Assembly (NCBI GenBank): GCA_002633005.1
Contig: NMRA01000060.1
Span: 554,016-618,015 of the forward strand
Length of the DNA: 64,000 bases
Direction: 5' to 3'
Origin: Phoronis australis
Lineage: Eukaryota > Animalia > Phoronida
In this document: positions 61,380-64,000 of the stretch, in pieces
How the letters are laid out: every line of letters begins with the position of its first letter
Position numbering within the stretch: the first letter of the stretch is position 1
The notes under the pieces: model-generated
Seen by the model: the letters and a program-made list of their open reading frames with translations, nothing else
Database searches by the model: none
Told to the model about the DNA's origin: nothing
Made by a program: the position numbers and the translations under genes

Positions 61380-63589
61380 AGAGAATGTAGTGGCCACCTA
61401 GCTAGGCCCAGAAACAAGTAATGAAGCACAGATACAGTCAGTTACAGGGAGTGCCAATGAACTAAACCAACAATGACAACCTGTGGTGTGCCAGTTGCCC
61501 ACTGAGATTGGGCTTCCACTAACTGGTAGAGCCGTGCGGTAGAAGAATATCATGCGTCTGCCACGGGTACCAAAATTGGTTTCGCAGTTTGTGATTGGGT
61601 AATGCTGTCAGTTGTTTACAGCGTCCTCTACTGCTCAATACATGTGTGACAATTTAATCCATTTTATCTTTATTTTTTATTGAAAACGTGCAACTCAAAA
61701 CATGGAAAGTTTTAGTCACAAAAAAGGTAAATTGTCAGCTCGTAAATATCTCCAAGCCACGCCCTTGTATTCAAGATGTCACTGAACATTGAGTTAACCG
61801 GCCTAAACATGTATACATATACATGTAGCTGCCTTGCCATCTAGCGTTTAAGCCGAGAACCAGATAATTGTCAAACATCCAAAAACAGACGCGAACACAT
61901 CGCTTTCAGCAGCATCGAGAGAATCCAATTTGAATTACAAATGGTCTTTCCTGGCTTGACTTGTTTTACACGTCGCTCAGCTCAAAAAATCAAAGCGAAC
62001 AACTTAATGAGTTTCATAGAAATCTTACGTGGCTTTATGTCAATCGAGTTCATTATGGTCTGCAAATGGTGCTCATTATTGTACGGTTACAGGAAAATAC
62101 GAGCAGACCTACGTTTGCGATTTGTGGACGTGTCATTTCAGTGATGTGATTAGAAACTTACACAATTTGCCTTAGTTTTCATTGCTGTGGGGTAGACATT
62201 TATTGGTGCGGTTTTGTAATGGCAGTTTAGCGAGAATCGAAGCCAATATGAATTACGCAGTCTTTGAAACACGGACGCGAAACTGCTGGATAGATTAAAT
62301 GCAGCGCTGACGTACGCTGGGATAACGAAACGATTTTGATTTATTATATTGCTGAGAAGGCAGAGAGGTCGAGGCACCTGCAGCAACAGCTCGGTTGCAT
62401 ACAGAATTCATTCAGGTACAAGTCGCTCACGACACGAGGTTGCTAGCGAACGGTATAAGCTAATTTATAGGTCGCGCTCACAAGGCAACTAAATCCCACG
62501 TGACTTCTGCGCCTACTTTTCTGAAATATGTCAACGTCATTTGGTACTTAAGACAACTGTGCACTTGACACAACTTAAGTCTATCCTGGGCAGACATAGC
62601 ATTGAGAGACGACTGAAACAACACGGCGTGTCGGACGGAGGCAGTGAGTGTCCAAGCTTTCGCTAACTGAACCAGGTAAGTTGAAATCAGCTATGAATAT
62701 GCCTTCATCACCTTCATCACAAAGGCTAATTTTGATTTGGACTACTTAAAAGGCGGTCTCGAATTTTCCTGACAGTTCAGTACTTCGTAATTATGCTCTT
62801 TAGTTAAGTTCGTTCGATTCGCCATTCACGGTCTCAAGCTTTACAAACTGTCCGTTGTTGTGGGCCCGGGGTTTAAACTGTTTGCTCTAGTTGGATCTCG
62901 AAATTATTTTTGTCATTTTCTATGCAAGAGTGAACAAACGATCTCAACCTGGAAACATATATCAGATTACCGCTTAATTACACTCTTCCTTGTGTGCAGC
63001 CAGTGACCCTACTTTGTCATCCAAGTCACACACCCAAAGATGGCGGGTTGCGTGAGTGTACACTCGCGCAGCTATTTTCAAGTGCAAGAGTTAACCCCTT
63101 TACTAATAGGAAGATTTGAAATCTCCAGTTCACACTAAATGAATTATGATATTAATAAAGTGCATAGAATATCAATGTTAAATAGCTGTTCAAAGTGAAC
63201 GAATTTCCTCCAATCAACACGCCAAGGAGTAGCGCAATCGCTGTCGGGCATCAAGAGCCACGCGGATGAAACATGTGCAAATTGAAATTGACGGCCATTA
63301 GCTACCGGACGAGCGACCTTTGACAAGGAGGGGCCCCGAAGTTTTGTTGTTAAATTTGCCACAGTCATGCGAATAATAATTCATTGTAACGAATCTTACC
63401 AGAAGAAGCTCGATCCTTTACACAGTACCAGTCCTCGCTCCCTGCCTTCTTACCAACCTATCTATCTCCGTCAATACGACCGTCCGCCATTCCTTCCGCC
63501 TTTAAATAATCCGTCCCTCCGTCTATCCATACGTCCGCCGCCTGTCCATACGTCCGTCCCTGGATGTTTGCTTACCTATTCCCTTCTCT

Positions 63590-64000
63590 GTTGTTTACAT
63601 ATCGTGAATAATACGCTTACAAGGAAGTCACCCATATGCAGGAATTTTCACCGCTCGTCCTTCTGTGCTGCTTTTACTAGGATTAAAGGGAGCGCGGCGC
63701 CGGAGTCAGGTACAGTTGTGATGAATGCATTGCCTGATGTGAGCAAGAAAGAAATTAAGTGTAATTACCCGATCATAAACTGTATTAAACATCTCTGACT
63801 GTACATAATGGCGAATTTTCAAAATGCATTAACCAATGATTTTCGTTAAAAACAACACCACGGTGGTATTCAGCTGGTAAAAAACAACCAAGTGCGGTTT
63901 TCAATTTTTAAAAATCGATGAACTAATAATCTAAGAACTACAACCATTGGGTACGATTGAAGATAAACTACCGTGCGTATTGATAAACTCGGTGGATATA
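63590..64000. repeat. Interspersed repeat, inverted copy of 35730-36180
   Basis: Direct reverse-complement match. It runs off the window end. Confidence 0.85.

Overview
Eukaryotic, repeat-rich genomic DNA, most likely from an invertebrate animal. It is not a prokaryotic window, and most short ORFs in the track are spurious. One intact multi-exon gene can be rebuilt by hand on the + strand: an SLC17/VGLUT-like major-facilitator transporter with 11 coding exons from 9345 to 37084. All introns are GT-AG, the phases are consistent, and the CDS is 1668 nt (555 aa plus stop). The introns and flanks are filled with decayed mobile DNA: two families of TTAA-flanked Kolobok-like elements carrying a THAP gene and a convergent P2X7-ballast/KolX-like gene, a Helitron nested in one Kolobok terminus, two Academ remnants, RTEX-like and Tx1/L1-like LINE fragments, four Penelope remnants (some with hammerhead ribozyme motifs), Harbinger and hAT MITEs (one family with 5-bp TSDs), and a tRNA-derived SINE head. 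The most unusual signals are a strong excess of the octamer TACATGTA (probable Tc1/mariner excision scars), a tandem duplication of a VGLUT splice donor, and the Kolobok deletion derivatives. I found no convincing new multi-gene system. All family calls come from motif recognition by eye, not database searches.
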